From positions 192,001 to 256,000 of the forward strand of contig CAWKBC010000017.1 of NCBI GenBank assembly GCA_963847705.1: 64,000 bases of DNA, read 5' to 3'. The notes under the pieces are model-generated. The model made no database searches and had not been told where the DNA came from. It was given only the letters and a program-made list of their open reading frames with translations. The stretch comes from an uncultured Pseudomonadota bacterium. Lineage in GTDB: Bacteria; Myxococcota_A; Polyangia; Fen-1088. How positions within the stretch are numbered: position 1 is the first letter of the stretch; each line of letters begins with the position of its first letter. Positions 1 through 10,407 of this stretch are shown here, in pieces. Position numbers and translations under genes: made by a program.

Positions 1-396
1 GTGTTTGAGCTGGGCGAAGCGCCAGAGGGCCCTGGGCACGCGCAGCTCCTGGATCGAGAAGCTGCCGCCGATCAGTGTCCGCAGCTTCACCCTCGCTTCG
101 AGATGAGGAACGTCGAGGACCACCGTCCCTTCCGGATCGACGATCTGCAGCCCCTCCACGGCGATCGGGCTCGGCGCGTCGGTCACCAGATCGGCGAGCG
201 CCCGGAGGTGCCAGGTGACGCCGCCGATGTGCATCTTCCCCGCGTTGGGCGGCAGCGCCCCTTCGATCAGACGCCCGAGGCGCGGACCCTGCAGCACCAC
301 CGAGACCGCCAGCACCGCCAACACGATCGTCGTCCCGAGGCCCAGCGCGACGATGCGGGCGAGGCGGGCGACACGAGCGAGACGAGGCCTCGGCAA
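1..396 (-). CDS. Partial gene (N-terminal part, runs off the window); membrane-anchored protein, possibly AsmA/TamB-like
   Basis: Own translation from TTG at 396: LPRPRLARVARLARIVALGLGTTIVLAVLAVSVVLQGPRLGRLIEGALP...VEGLQIVDPEGTVVLDVPHLEARV. Basic N-terminus, one TM helix, then beta-rich sequence; no stop before base 1. Confidence 0.55.
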   Translation of the reverse strand, partial: MPRPRLARVARLARIVALGLGTTIVLAVLAVSVVLQGPRLGRLIEGALPPNAGKMHIGGVTWHLRALADLVTDAPSPIAVEGLQIVDPEGTVVLDVPHLEARVKLRTLIGGSFSIQELRVPRALWRFAQLKH

Positions 397-435
397 TGGG
401 GAACCATTGTGTCATAAACGCCCCGGGCCGTGCCT

Positions 436-3279
436 ATGTCCGATGACACATCCGAAGACCGCGCCGCGCCCGCTTCGGGGGCTCAGGTTCCGGCCTCCGC
501 CTCGAGCTCGGCCGCGACCGCGACGTCGACCTCGGCCGGCAAGCCGAGCCTGTTCATCGTCGACGCGCTGAACTTCCTGTTCCGGGCCTTCCACGCGCTG
601 CCGCCGCTGACGACGACCAAGGGGCTGCAGACCGGCGCCGTCTACGGCCTGTGCCAGATGATCCTGCGCATCGAGCGCGAGGAGCGGCCCACCCACCTCT
701 GCGTCGTCTACGACGCCCCCGGCGACAACTTCCGCAACGAGATCTTTCCCGCCTACAAGGCGCACCGCCCGCCGATGCCGCCCGAGCTGGCGGCGCAGAT
801 GGCGCTGGCCCGCCAGGTGGTCGAGGCGTTCGGCCTGACCCAGCTGGAGGTGGCCGGGTTCGAGGCCGACGACATCATCGCCACGCTGGCCAAGGTGGCC
901 AAGGCCGCCGGAATGCAGGTGGTGATCTGCTCGTCGGACAAGGATCTGATGCAGCTCTGCGATGGCGACGTGTCGGTGCTCGACACCATGAAGAACCGCA
1001 GGCTGGGGGTGGCGGAGGTGCGCGAGAAGTTCGGCGTTCCGCCCGAGCTGGTGGGCGACGTGCTGGCGCTGATGGGCGACAGCATCGACAACGTTCCCGG
1101 CGTGGCCGGCATCGGGCCCAAGACCGCCGCCGAGCTGATCAACAAGTTCGGCTCGCTGGACGGCGTGCTGGCCGGCGCGGGCGAGATCAAGGGAAAGCGC
1201 GGCGCCTCCATCGTGGAGGCGCGTGACTCGATTCGGCTCTCGCGCGAGCTGGTGCGGCTGCGCGACGACGTGCCGCTGCCGAAGACCCTGGCGGAGCTGC
1301 ACCGGATCGATCCCGATCAGCAGCGCCTGGGCGGGCTCTTCCGCGAGCTCGAGTTCTCCCGGCTGGCCGAGCAGCTGGCGGCGTTCGATCGGGAGAACGC
1401 CGCCAAGGCGCCCGGGGCAGGTCCGGGCGCCGCGCCGCCGCCGGTCGCGCCGGCGCCCGTTCCCGAGCCACCGGTCGCCGTCGACACCATCCTCGACCGC
1501 GCGGCGCTCGCCGAGCTGGCGCGGCAGATCGCGGCGGCGGGGGCGGTCGGGATCTCCGCGCTCTACGATGGCGTGTCGGCCGTGCGCGGCGATCTGGTCG
1601 GGCTGGGGTTCGCGCTCCCGGCCGGGCGGCGGGTCTATCTGCCGTTCCACCACCGCTACCTCGGCGCCCCGGTCTGCCTCCCCGAGGCGGCGCTGGCCGA
1701 CCTGGGCGACGTGCTGGCCTCGCCCGCGGTCGCCAAGCACGCGCACGACGTCAAGACGCTGGAGGTGCTGCTCGGGCAGCGCGGGCTGGCGCTGGGGGGC
1801 GTGGCCTCGGACCCGATGCTGGCGGCCTACCTGCTCGACGCCGCGCGCACCCACTACGATCTCGACGTCGTCGCCGCGTCCGAGGGGATCGCGCCACCAG
1901 CGGCGCGCGGCAGCTGGATGGGGACGGGCGCCTCGGCGCGCCCGGGCTCGGACATCTCGGTCGAGGAGGTCGGCCCGCGGCTCGGCGCCGAGGCTGCGGC
2001 CTCGCTGGCGCTGGCCGACCGGCAGGCGCCCCTGATCGTCAACGGTGGTTTCGAGTCGCTCTACCGCGACATGGAGCTGCCGCTCGCCGATCTGCTGGCC
2101 AAGGTCGAGTGCCGCGGCATCCTGCTCGACGTCGGCAAGCTGCGCGAGATCGGCCACGAGGTCGGGACTTCCTTGGTGGCCCTGGAATCGGAGATCCACG
2201 CCATGGCCGGCGGGCCGTTCAACATCGCCTCCAACAAGCAGCTGGCCGACGTCCTGTTCGGCAAGCTGTCGCTGCCGGTGGGCCGGCGGACCAAGACCGG
2301 CCCGTCGACCGACGCGGACACGCTGGAGGAGCTGGCCGCGCTCCACCCGGTGCCGGCCAAGATCGTCGAGTTCCGGGCGCTGTCCAAGCTGCGTGGGACG
2401 TACATCGATGCGCTCCCGGCGCTGGTGAATCCCGCGACCGGGCGGCTGCACACCTCGTTCAATCAGGCGGTCGCCGCCACCGGGCGGCTGTCGTCGAGCA
2501 ACCCGAATCTCCAGAACATCCCCATCCGCACCGAGCTCGGCCGGCGGATTCGAGAGGCGTTCGTCGCCAAGCCGGGGCATCTGCTGGTCTCGGCCGACTA
2601 CTCGCAGATCGAGCTGCGGATCCTGGCGCATTTCTCCCAGGATCCCGCCTTTCTCGAGGCGTTTCGCTCGGGTCAGGACATCCACCTCCGCACGGCGGCC
2701 GAGGTGTTCGGCGTCCCGCTGGAAGGGGTCACCGGGGAGCAGCGCCGGATCGCCAAGGCGATCAACTTCGGCCTGGTGTTCGGGCAGAGCGACTTCGGCC
2801 TGGCGCAGGTGCTGCGCATTCCGCGCGCGCAGGCCCGCGCCTACATCGACAGCTATTTCGCGCGCTACGCCGGCGTGCGGGCTTACATGGAGCGCGCCAT
2901 CGCCGACGCGCGCGCGGACGGGGCAGTCTCCACGCTGCTCGGGCGGCGGCGGCCGCTCCCGGAGATCCACGCCACGCGGGCACAGGATCGCGCCTACGCC
3001 GAGCGGATCGCGCGCAACACCCCCATCCAGGGCTCCGCCGCCGACCTCCTCAAGCTGGCGATGATCCGCGTCGAGGGGGGGATCGCCCGCAAGGGGGGGG
3101 CCGTGGCGCATGCGGCCCTGCTGCTCACGGTTCACGACGAGCTGGTGTTCGAGGTTCCGGAAGCCGGCGTTCCAGACTTCAAGCAATGGATTAAGAACGA
3201 AATGGAAATGGTCTTCGAGCTGGCGGTTCCGCTGGTGGTCGATGTCGGCGCGGGTGCCACCTGGGGCGCGGCGCACTAG
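436..3279 (+). CDS. polA: DNA polymerase I
   Basis: 5'-3' exonuclease motifs (VDALNFLFRAFHA, FEADDIIAT, GDSIDNVPGV); polymerase motifs ADYSQIELRILAH, KAINFG, LTVHDELVFE. Confidence 0.98.
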   Translation: MSDDTSEDRAAPASGAQVPASASSSAATATSTSAGKPSLFIVDALNFLFRAFHALPPLTTTKGLQTGAVYGLCQMILRIEREERPTHLCVVYDAPGDNFRNEIFPAYKAHRPPMPPELAAQMALARQVVEAFGLTQLEVAGFEADDIIATLAKVAKAAGMQVVICSSDKDLMQLCDGDVSVLDTMKNRRLGVAEVREKFGVPPELVGDVLALMGDSIDNVPGVAGIGPKTAAELINKFGSLDGVLAGAGEIKGKRGASIVEARDSIRLSRELVRLRDDVPLPKTLAELHRIDPDQQRLGGLFRELEFSRLAEQLAAFDRENAAKAPGAGPGAAPPPVAPAPVPEPPVAVDTILDRAALAELARQIAAAGAVGISALYDGVSAVRGDLVGLGFALPAGRRVYLPFHHRYLGAPVCLPEAALADLGDVLASPAVAKHAHDVKTLEVLLGQRGLALGGVASDPMLAAYLLDAARTHYDLDVVAASEGIAPPAARGSWMGTGASARPGSDISVEEVGPRLGAEAAASLALADRQAPLIVNGGFESLYRDMELPLADLLAKVECRGILLDVGKLREIGHEVGTSLVALESEIHAMAGGPFNIASNKQLADVLFGKLSLPVGRRTKTGPSTDADTLEELAALHPVPAKIVEFRALSKLRGTYIDALPALVNPATGRLHTSFNQAVAATGRLSSSNPNLQNIPIRTELGRRIREAFVAKPGHLLVSADYSQIELRILAHFSQDPAFLEAFRSGQDIHLRTAAEVFGVPLEGVTGEQRRIAKAINFGLVFGQSDFGLAQVLRIPRAQARAYIDSYFARYAGVRAYMERAIADARADGAVSTLLGRRRPLPEIHATRAQDRAYAERIARNTPIQGSAADLLKLAMIRVEGGIARKGGAVAHAALLLTVHDELVFEVPEAGVPDFKQWIKNEMEMVFELAVPLVVDVGAGATWGAAH

Positions 3280-3287
3280 GGCGGAAG

Positions 3288-4709
3288 TTGACACAAATGG
3301 ACCCCCATCCGGGGCGCGCGAATCGAATCCAGTCGGGTATGATGATTCAACTGATGCAGGTGGCGAATTCACTCGGGGCTGCGCGGCCGATCGTTCTGGT
3401 GGGGGTGGCTGGCCTGGCGGTCGCGCTCGGCGGCGGCTGCCGCCGTCCCGCACTGGTGCCGGCGCAGGGCCCGCTCTGCGCGCCCCCGCCCGCCATCGCC
3501 AAGGTGACGGCGAAGGGGCCGGCGAAGGACGACGACCCCGCCGAGCCGCCACCCCGCCCGCTGCGGCGCTGCTTCCCCGAGCAGCCGGCCTGGGTCGACG
3601 CGCCGGTCGCCGATCTGCTCGACAAGGCCGCGCTCCTCTTCGACAAGGGGGACTACGCCGGGACGCTGGCCTGCGCCGAAGAGGCGGCCCGCGCGGCGCC
3701 GCGCTCGGTGGAGGCGCACCACAACCGGGCGATCGCGCTCATGCGGCTCGACCGGCTGGAGGAGGCGCGCGACGCGCTCGAGCTGGCGCTGGCGCTGGCG
3801 CCCGACGATCCGGAGACGCTCGAGGCGGCCGCCGACCTGCAGGTCAACCAGCTCCCACCGTCGGGCGATCGCTCGGCGCTGGGGTTGGAGTACGCCCGGC
3901 GTGGGAGCCGGCACGTCCCGCGCCGCGACGTCGAGGAGGTGGCCCGGCTGGCTCTTCTCGAGGGGCAGGCGCTGATCGATCTCGGGCGCGCGGCCGAGGC
4001 GCTCCGGCGGATCGACGCGGCCCTGGCCGCGCAGCCGCACTTCGGGGCCGCGGTCTACGAGCGCGGGGTGGCGCTGTTCGAGCTCTGCCGGTTCGACGAG
4101 GCGCGGGCGACCTTCACCAAGGTGCTGGCCGAGACGCCCGATCACGCGCACGCGCTCTACCACCTGGGGCTCATCGAGGAGCGGGCGGGCGACGAGGCGG
4201 CCGCCGGACGCCACCTGGCCGCGGCGACCGCCGCCGATCCCAAGTCGTTCCCACCGGCGCCGGAGATCACGCAGCCCGACTTCGAGGCCCGGGTCCGGCG
4301 CGCGGTGGCGGCGCTGCCGGCCGATTTTCGCCGCGATATCTCGGGCGTCACGGTGCAGGCCGCCGATCTCCCGGATCTGGAGGATCTGACGGCGGAGAAG
4401 CCGCCGCTCTCTCCCACCATCCTGGGTCTCTTCCGCGGATTGCCGCTCGACTACGACGATCAGGCCGCGGCGCCCACGCCGGCCGGACGCTCGCGCAAGG
4501 GGCACGCGGCCCCCCCACCGCCGTCGGAGAGCGCGCCGGTGCAGTGCGACGCCGGCGATCGCGCCATAGTCCTGTATCGTCGAAACCTGCTGCGCACGGT
4601 GAAGGACGGCGCCGAGCTGGATCAGGCGATCACCCGGACGCTGCTGCACGAGGTCGGCCACCTGCGCGGCGAAGACGACGGATCCCTGCGCGATCGCGGC
4701 CTCGAGTAA
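3288..4709 (+). CDS. TPR-repeat lipoprotein with C-terminal zincin-like (DUF1025-type) metallopeptidase domain
   Basis: Lipobox-like LGGGC, several TPR-like helices, C-terminal IVLYRRNL...TLLHEVGH (HExxH). Start codon uncertain. Confidence 0.8.
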   Translation: MTQMDPHPGRANRIQSGMMIQLMQVANSLGAARPIVLVGVAGLAVALGGGCRRPALVPAQGPLCAPPPAIAKVTAKGPAKDDDPAEPPPRPLRRCFPEQPAWVDAPVADLLDKAALLFDKGDYAGTLACAEEAARAAPRSVEAHHNRAIALMRLDRLEEARDALELALALAPDDPETLEAAADLQVNQLPPSGDRSALGLEYARRGSRHVPRRDVEEVARLALLEGQALIDLGRAAEALRRIDAALAAQPHFGAAVYERGVALFELCRFDEARATFTKVLAETPDHAHALYHLGLIEERAGDEAAAGRHLAAATAADPKSFPPAPEITQPDFEARVRRAVAALPADFRRDISGVTVQAADLPDLEDLTAEKPPLSPTILGLFRGLPLDYDDQAAAPTPAGRSRKGHAAPPPPSESAPVQCDAGDRAIVLYRRNLLRTVKDGAELDQAITRTLLHEVGHLRGEDDGSLRDRGLE

Positions 4710-4721
4710 TACATTAGACGC

Positions 4722-5690
4722 GTGATACGCGTCGACGGTCTGGCGAAGACCTACGGCCGCTCCGGCGACGGTCGACCGCCGGCGCTGGAGGGGGTCTCGT
4801 TCGAGGTGGGGCGCGGCGAGATCGTTGGCCTCCTCGGGCCGAACGGCGCCGGCAAGTCGACGATGATGCGGATCCTGACATGCTTCCTGGCGCCGACGCG
4901 CGGGTCGGCCACGCTGGCGGGGGCTTCGATCGCCGACGATCCGCGGGGCGTGCGGCGCGCGGTCGGCTACCTCCCGGAGGCGGTCCCGCTGCCGCCCGAG
5001 ATGCGCGTCGTCGAGTACCTCGCTTTTCGGGCGGCGCTGAAGGGGCTCCCGCGCCGTGCCCGCCCGGCGGCGGTCTCCCGCGCCATCGAAGAGGTGGGGC
5101 TGGGGGCGCGGCGTGCCCAGATCATCGGGACGCTGTCGCGCGGGTACCGGCAGCGGGTGGGGCTGGCGGACGCGCTCCTCGGAGGGCCTCCTATCTTGAT
5201 CCTCGACGAGCCGACGGTCGGGCTCGATCCAAACCAGATCCGGGAGACGCGCGCGCTCATCCGCGAGCTCGGCCGTGAACGGACCATCCTGCTGTCGACC
5301 CACGTGCTCCCCGAGGTGGAGGCGGTCGCCACGCGGGTCATCATCTTGCACCACGGCCGCGTGGTCGCTGCGCAAACCCAGGACGAGCTCGGGGCCCGCC
5401 TGGCCGGCGCGCGCCGGGTGATCGTCGAGCTCTCCGCCGCGGAGCTCCCCCGCGCGACCGAGCTCCTGCGCACGGTCGCGGGGGTGGCCGCGGTGGCTCC
5501 GCTCGGCGAGACGCGGCTGGCGCTGACGCCGGCCTCGGGTGCCTCCGACGACGAGGGCGCTCTGCGCGAGGCGGTCTTCCGGGCGGCCGTCGCCGCCGGC
5601 CTGGTCCTCCGCGAGCTGCGCCCCGAGGCCGCCTCGCTGGAGGAGCTGTTCGCGCGCGCGACCTCCCGGAACGGGGAGCGACCGGCGTGA
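4722..5690 (+). CDS. ABC transporter ATP-binding protein (GldA-like)
   Basis: Walker A GPNGAGKST, signature LSRGYRQR, Walker B ILDEPT. Confidence 0.95.
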   Translation: MIRVDGLAKTYGRSGDGRPPALEGVSFEVGRGEIVGLLGPNGAGKSTMMRILTCFLAPTRGSATLAGASIADDPRGVRRAVGYLPEAVPLPPEMRVVEYLAFRAALKGLPRRARPAAVSRAIEEVGLGARRAQIIGTLSRGYRQRVGLADALLGGPPILILDEPTVGLDPNQIRETRALIRELGRERTILLSTHVLPEVEAVATRVIILHHGRVVAAQTQDELGARLAGARRVIVELSAAELPRATELLRTVAGVAAVAPLGETRLALTPASGASDDEGALREAVFRAAVAAGLVLRELRPEAASLEELFARATSRNGERPA

Positions 5691-7939
5691 ACCGGCTGAT
5701 GGCGATCGCCCGGCGGGAGTGGGCCGGCTACTTCCGCACGCCGGCGGGCTGGGCCGTGCTGGCCCTGTTCCTCTTGCTGCAGGGGATCGTCTTCTGGATG
5801 TTCGTGCAGTTCCTGGGGCGGCCCGACGCGCCGCCCGGCGGGGTGATGGAGTTCTTCTTCGGCGGGACGATCCTCTACTGGATCGCGCTCGGCCTGCTGG
5901 CGACGGTGGTGCCGATGCGCCTCGTCGCCGAGGAGCTCCGCACTGGCACGATCGAGCCACTTCTGACGGCGCCTGTCTCCCCCGGCGAGGTGGTGGTCGG
6001 AAAGTGGCTGGCGGCGCTGGGGTTCTATCTGGCGGCCTGGGCGCCGACGTTGCTCTACCTCGTCTACCTGTGGCGGGTGGGGGCGGCGCTCGAGCCGGGG
6101 CCGATCGTCGCCGGTTATCTGGGGACGGTGCTCCTCGGCGCCGCGGCGCTGGCCATCGGTCTTCTGGCCTCGGCGTTGACCCGGAACCAGCTGGTGGCGG
6201 CGACACTCTCCTTCGTCGCGTTTCTCGCGGCGCTCCTGGCCGGAGCGCTCGAGGCGGAGGTGCGCGCGCCAGGCCTGGCGGCCGCATTGCGGCGCTACAG
6301 CCTGTTTCGCGTGATGGAGGACTTCGGGCACGGCATCGTCGACTCGCGGCCGGTGGCGCTCCTGGTGACGGTGGTCGTCCTGGCGCTGGCGGCGGCGACG
6401 GCGCGGGTCGCCGGGCTGCGTGGTCCGACGCCGCTTGACGCGCCGACGACGCGCCGCTGGTCGCCGCGCCTGGCGGCGATCCTGGTCGTGGCGATCGCGC
6501 TGATGGCCAACGCGATCGCCGCGCGCCGCTACCTGCGGGGCGACTGGACGCGGGCCTCGCTCTACGCGCTCTCCGAGGAGACGGTGAACGTTCTCCGTGA
6601 GCTGCCGCGCCCGGTGACGGCGACGATCTTCCTCTACCCGAGGCGCGACTCCGAGCGGGCGCGCGCGATCGCCGGCTTCGTCCGCGAGCTGACCGAAAGA
6701 TTCACGCGCGCGTCCGGCGGGAAGTTCCAGGCCGAGATCATCGACCCGGATCGCGCGCCCGAGCGCGCCGAGGCGGCAGCCAGGCGCTACGGGCTCGGCG
6801 CCTACGAGATGGGGCAGGGGGTGGTCATCTTCACCTCGGGCGCCCGCTCGAAGGTGATCACCGAGGAGGATCTGGTCGAGCCGGAGGTCGACGCCGACGG
6901 CGAGCCCGAGCCGACCATCCACGCCTGGCGCGGCGAGGCGGCCTTCGTCTCGGCGCTGCTGGCCGTCACCGACGACCGGCCGCCGCTGGTCTGCTTCAGC
7001 AAGGGGCACGGCGAGCCCGACCTCGCGTCGCTGGAAGACGGCGGCTACGCCAGCTTTGCCGAGGACGTCCGACGCGATGGCGACGAGACGCGCGCGCTCG
7101 ACAAGCTGGCCGACGCGGCGGGCGTCGGCTGCCGGGTGCTGGTCATCGCCGAGCCGACGCGTGCCTTCTCCCAGCCCGAGCTCGCCGCCGTCGAAGCCTT
7201 CGTCGAGGGCGGTGGCCGCCTGCTGGTCATGGTGGGCCCCGTGTTCGCGCCGGGCGGCGCCGACTTCGCCCACCTCGGCCTCGAGACGCTGGCCGCGCGC
7301 TACGGCGTGACCCTGGCCGATGCGCTGGTGGTCGATCCGTCGCACGCCAGCGACGTCGAGGGTCCCTCGGTCTGGGCCGCCGGCCGCGACAGCTACCTGC
7401 CGCATCCGATCACCGCGCGCTTCGGCGGCCGGCTGACGTTCTGGCCGCGCACGCGCCAAGTTGCGCCGGCGCCGCTGGCGTCCCGGCCAGCCGGTTTGAC
7501 GGTCACGCCGCTCGTCCGCACCAGCGCCGACGGATGGGGCGAGACCGATCTGTCGACCATCCGGGGCGACGCCGATCTGACCTTCGACGCTGCCGTCGAC
7601 CGCAAGGGCCCGGTGACGGTGGCGGTCGCCGTCGCGCGCGCCGCGACCGGCGCCGCGCCCGCGACGCGCCTGGCGTTCCTGGGCACCGGGCGGCTGGTGA
7701 TGAATTACCGCCTCTCCGGCGTCACGCTGCGCGACTACGACGCCGACTTCGTTCTCTCCACGATCGCCTGGCTCGCCGATCGCGACGCGCGCATCGGCAT
7801 CGGCCCCAAGCTCACGCGACGGGTGGCGCTGTCGCTCACGGCCGCCGATGTCAGCTGGGCCTTTCGCCTGTTCGTCATCGGCCTGCCCTTGCTGGCCCTG
7901 GCGGCGGGCGCCTGGGTCTCGGCGCGGCGGCGCGTCTGA
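5687..7939 (+). CDS. ABC-2 permease fused to a GldG-like auxiliary domain
   Basis: MRLVAEELRTGTIEPLLTAP permease motif, DWTRASLYALSEET, FSKGHGE, C-terminal TM; overlaps the upstream gene. Confidence 0.88.
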   Translation: MNRLMAIARREWAGYFRTPAGWAVLALFLLLQGIVFWMFVQFLGRPDAPPGGVMEFFFGGTILYWIALGLLATVVPMRLVAEELRTGTIEPLLTAPVSPGEVVVGKWLAALGFYLAAWAPTLLYLVYLWRVGAALEPGPIVAGYLGTVLLGAAALAIGLLASALTRNQLVAATLSFVAFLAALLAGALEAEVRAPGLAAALRRYSLFRVMEDFGHGIVDSRPVALLVTVVVLALAAATARVAGLRGPTPLDAPTTRRWSPRLAAILVVAIALMANAIAARRYLRGDWTRASLYALSEETVNVLRELPRPVTATIFLYPRRDSERARAIAGFVRELTERFTRASGGKFQAEIIDPDRAPERAEAAARRYGLGAYEMGQGVVIFTSGARSKVITEEDLVEPEVDADGEPEPTIHAWRGEAAFVSALLAVTDDRPPLVCFSKGHGEPDLASLEDGGYASFAEDVRRDGDETRALDKLADAAGVGCRVLVIAEPTRAFSQPELAAVEAFVEGGGRLLVMVGPVFAPGGADFAHLGLETLAARYGVTLADALVVDPSHASDVEGPSVWAAGRDSYLPHPITARFGGRLTFWPRTRQVAPAPLASRPAGLTVTPLVRTSADGWGETDLSTIRGDADLTFDAAVDRKGPVTVAVAVARAATGAAPATRLAFLGTGRLVMNYRLSGVTLRDYDADFVLSTIAWLADRDARIGIGPKLTRRVALSLTAADVSWAFRLFVIGLPLLALAAGAWVSARRRV

Positions 7940-9612
7940 TGCGCAAGGTGGCCGGTCTCGCGGCGGTGGCGGCGGTGCTCGCCGGCTACCTGTTGTTCGG
8001 CGATCGGCAGCGGGGCGCCAGCGACGGCAGCTCGGGCGACCACCCCCGGTTGGTGGACGGCTTCGATCGCGGGGCCGTCCGCCGGTTGACGATCAGGCGG
8101 GCCGGTGCGCCGCCCTTCTCGCTGGTCCGACAGCCTGAGGGCCAGGAGCCGGCCTGGCGCGAGAGCCCGGGCGGGGAGCCAGCCGACGGGGCCGCCGTCG
8201 ACGATCTCCTGGCCGCGATCGATCTGGCCGAGACGACGCGCAGGGCGGACGTCGGGGCCGACGCCGCCGGGCTGGCGCCGCCGCGGGTGGCGCTGGAGCT
8301 CGACCAGCCGCGCGGCCCGGTCACCATCGAGCTCGGGCGCCTCGACGCCGCCGGGCAGGGGGTGTTCGCGCGGGCCGGTGGCGCGACGGCGATCCGTGTG
8401 ACGCCGCGGCGGTTGGCCGAGCTCGCCGATCGAGCGCCGTGGGCGTTTCGCGATCGGCGGCTGGTCCCGCTGGCGGCCGACGCGATCACGGCGCTCCGCT
8501 GGCATGAGGGGGGCGGCACGCGGGCCGAGCGCCGCTTGCGCCTGGTCGCCGGGCGCTGGCAGAACGCAGACGATCGATGGGTGGGCGGCGAGCGCGTGGC
8601 CGAGAGCCTGCGTCGTCTTCTCGGGCTCCGCGTCGAGCGGTACGAGCCACCGCGGCCCGCGCCGGAGGCCCCTTCGCAGCTCGCGGTCCAGACGGCCGAC
8701 GGCGCGACGATACGGCTGTCGTTTCCGGGCGACCGTTGCGCCGTCCAGCCCGGAGTGCGCGTGGAACGCGAAGGGCCGTCCCTCGTGGACGGGGGTTGTC
8801 TGGCACCGGAGACGCTGGGCGATCTCTGGCGCTCGCTGGAGGCCGCGTCGGTGCCCGATCTGCGCCTCGTCTCGTCGCCCCCCGACACGGTGACCCGGGT
8901 GGTGATGACGGGCGATGCAGGTGAGCATCGACGGCTGGTCCTCGCACGGGTGCCGGGCGGCACCTGGCGGTTCGAGGACCCCAAGGTGGCGTACGCGGCC
9001 GATCCACGCCTGGTCGACGACTGGCTCGCCACGCTCGGGAGGGTCGAGATCGGGCCGTCGGCGGCGGCTGTCAATCCGAAGCTTCCGAAGCCGGTGAACC
9101 AACGGCCGGTGCGGCACCTGACCCTCGATGCACGGCCGGGCGAGACGGTCGCCGTCTCGCCGGGAGATCCAGGGTATGCGCTGGTCGATCCCGAGCCGCT
9201 CCGTTTCCGCGATCGCGCCGCGCTCGACTTCGCCCACTTCGACGCGCGCGAGCTCGAGCGCTCGGCCGCCGGCCAGACCGTCCAGCTCGCCAGCTCCGAT
9301 GGTGACAGCTGGCGCGTGGTCACTCCGGCGGGCGCCGCCGCCGATCGCACCAGCGCCGCGCGGGTCGTGGGCGCGCTCGGCAACCTGCGGGTGGAAACGT
9401 ACCTCCCGGCGGAGAAGGCGCCTGCCGGTCCGCCGGAGGTCTCGCTGGCGATCACCATCCAACCGCCCGGAGAGCCGGCGCCCATCCGGCACACGCTCGA
9501 GCTCTACAAAAGAAAAGAGGCGCCCGGTTGTACCGGACGCCTCGATTGCGAGGTGGTGTTCACGCTCGCCCCGGCGGCCTGTGACGAGCTCCGCCTGGGG
9601 CTGCTGAACTAG
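7939..9612 (+). CDS. DUF4340-like protein
   Basis: ATG overlaps the upstream stop (TGATG); N-terminal TM; repeated FRDR motifs; usual position after GldG-like genes. Confidence 0.75.
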   Translation: MRKVAGLAAVAAVLAGYLLFGDRQRGASDGSSGDHPRLVDGFDRGAVRRLTIRRAGAPPFSLVRQPEGQEPAWRESPGGEPADGAAVDDLLAAIDLAETTRRADVGADAAGLAPPRVALELDQPRGPVTIELGRLDAAGQGVFARAGGATAIRVTPRRLAELADRAPWAFRDRRLVPLAADAITALRWHEGGGTRAERRLRLVAGRWQNADDRWVGGERVAESLRRLLGLRVERYEPPRPAPEAPSQLAVQTADGATIRLSFPGDRCAVQPGVRVEREGPSLVDGGCLAPETLGDLWRSLEAASVPDLRLVSSPPDTVTRVVMTGDAGEHRRLVLARVPGGTWRFEDPKVAYAADPRLVDDWLATLGRVEIGPSAAAVNPKLPKPVNQRPVRHLTLDARPGETVAVSPGDPGYALVDPEPLRFRDRAALDFAHFDARELERSAAGQTVQLASSDGDSWRVVTPAGAAADRTSAARVVGALGNLRVETYLPAEKAPAGPPEVSLAITIQPPGEPAPIRHTLELYKRKEAPGCTGRLDCEVVFTLAPAACDELRLGLLN

Positions 9613-9618
9613 CCAGGG

Positions 9619-10386
9619 CTACTTCTTCTTGCCCTTGCCCTCGGCGTCGATGCGGGCGCCGCCGACCATCTCGGCCGGCTTGCCTTCCAGGTTGATCGTC
9701 TGCGCGTCGGGCGGGAGCACGGCGTTCCCCTCGACGACGACGTTGCCGGTGGCGTCCTGCAGCTTCTTGTGGATGATGAGGCCGTCGGAGGCGGCGAAGC
9801 CGCCCATCGAGTTGATCGAGAAGGTTCCGGTCACCACGTACTGCTCGCCGGCCTTGGCCACCAGCGCCTTCGGCTTGCCGGTCTTCCAGTCCTTGACCGG
9901 GTAGTCGGCGACCAGCAGGCCGTGATCGATCTTGGTGGTCGCGGTGTCACCGAGGAAGAAGTGCGGCTGGTCGCAGGGGCGGCAGCCGCCCTTCATCGCC
10001 GCCGGATCCGGCGCGGGCGGGCCCTTGCCCGGCAGGCCGCCCGACTTCATCTCTTTCTTCTTCTCCTTCTTCGTCTTCGCCGCCAGATCGTCGTTGCACT
10101 TCCGCTGCTCGGCGGGGCACTCGTAGATCGTCAGCAGGTACGCGCGCACCTGGACGTCCTTGTCCAGGTACTGGTTCATGTGCTTGCGCAATCCGTAGAT
10201 CGACATCTCGCCGCTGGGGTATTTTTCCGGCGCCGTCTGGATGTTGAAGTTCGGCGGCGGCGGCAGATCGACTTTGACGGGTGGCAGCTCCTGCCCCTGG
10301 CCGTAAGCTAGCCGAATGCCGCTGGGCGCGAGCAGCGCCAATGCCAAAGGAATGGTCCGGTGATATACGGTCGGCAGTCGCTTCAT
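9619..10386 (-). CDS. Hypothetical secreted protein with several Cys (CRPCDQPHFFLGD)
   Basis: GC-rich third codon positions; signal-peptide-like N-terminus from MKRL. Confidence 0.7.
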   Translation of the reverse strand: MKRLPTVYHRTIPLALALLAPSGIRLAYGQGQELPPVKVDLPPPPNFNIQTAPEKYPSGEMSIYGLRKHMNQYLDKDVQVRAYLLTIYECPAEQRKCNDDLAAKTKKEKKKEMKSGGLPGKGPPAPDPAAMKGGCRPCDQPHFFLGDTATTKIDHGLLVADYPVKDWKTGKPKALVAKAGEQYVVTGTFSINSMGGFAASDGLIIHKKLQDATGNVVVEGNAVLPPDAQTINLEGKPAEMVGGARIDAEGKGKKK

Positions 10387-10407
10387 GGACAAGCCCTCCA
10401 CCGCACG

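Noticed and set aside
1-417. ORF-track + strand ORF 1..417
   Set aside because: The minus-strand frame gives a more plausible membrane-anchored protein with host-like codon usage.
412-3552. Long antisense and alternate-frame ORFs (e.g. 412-3552 -, 3369-6287 -, 46146-48962 +)
   Set aside because: Shadow ORFs typical of high-GC DNA; they overlap well-supported genes and carry no recognisable motifs.
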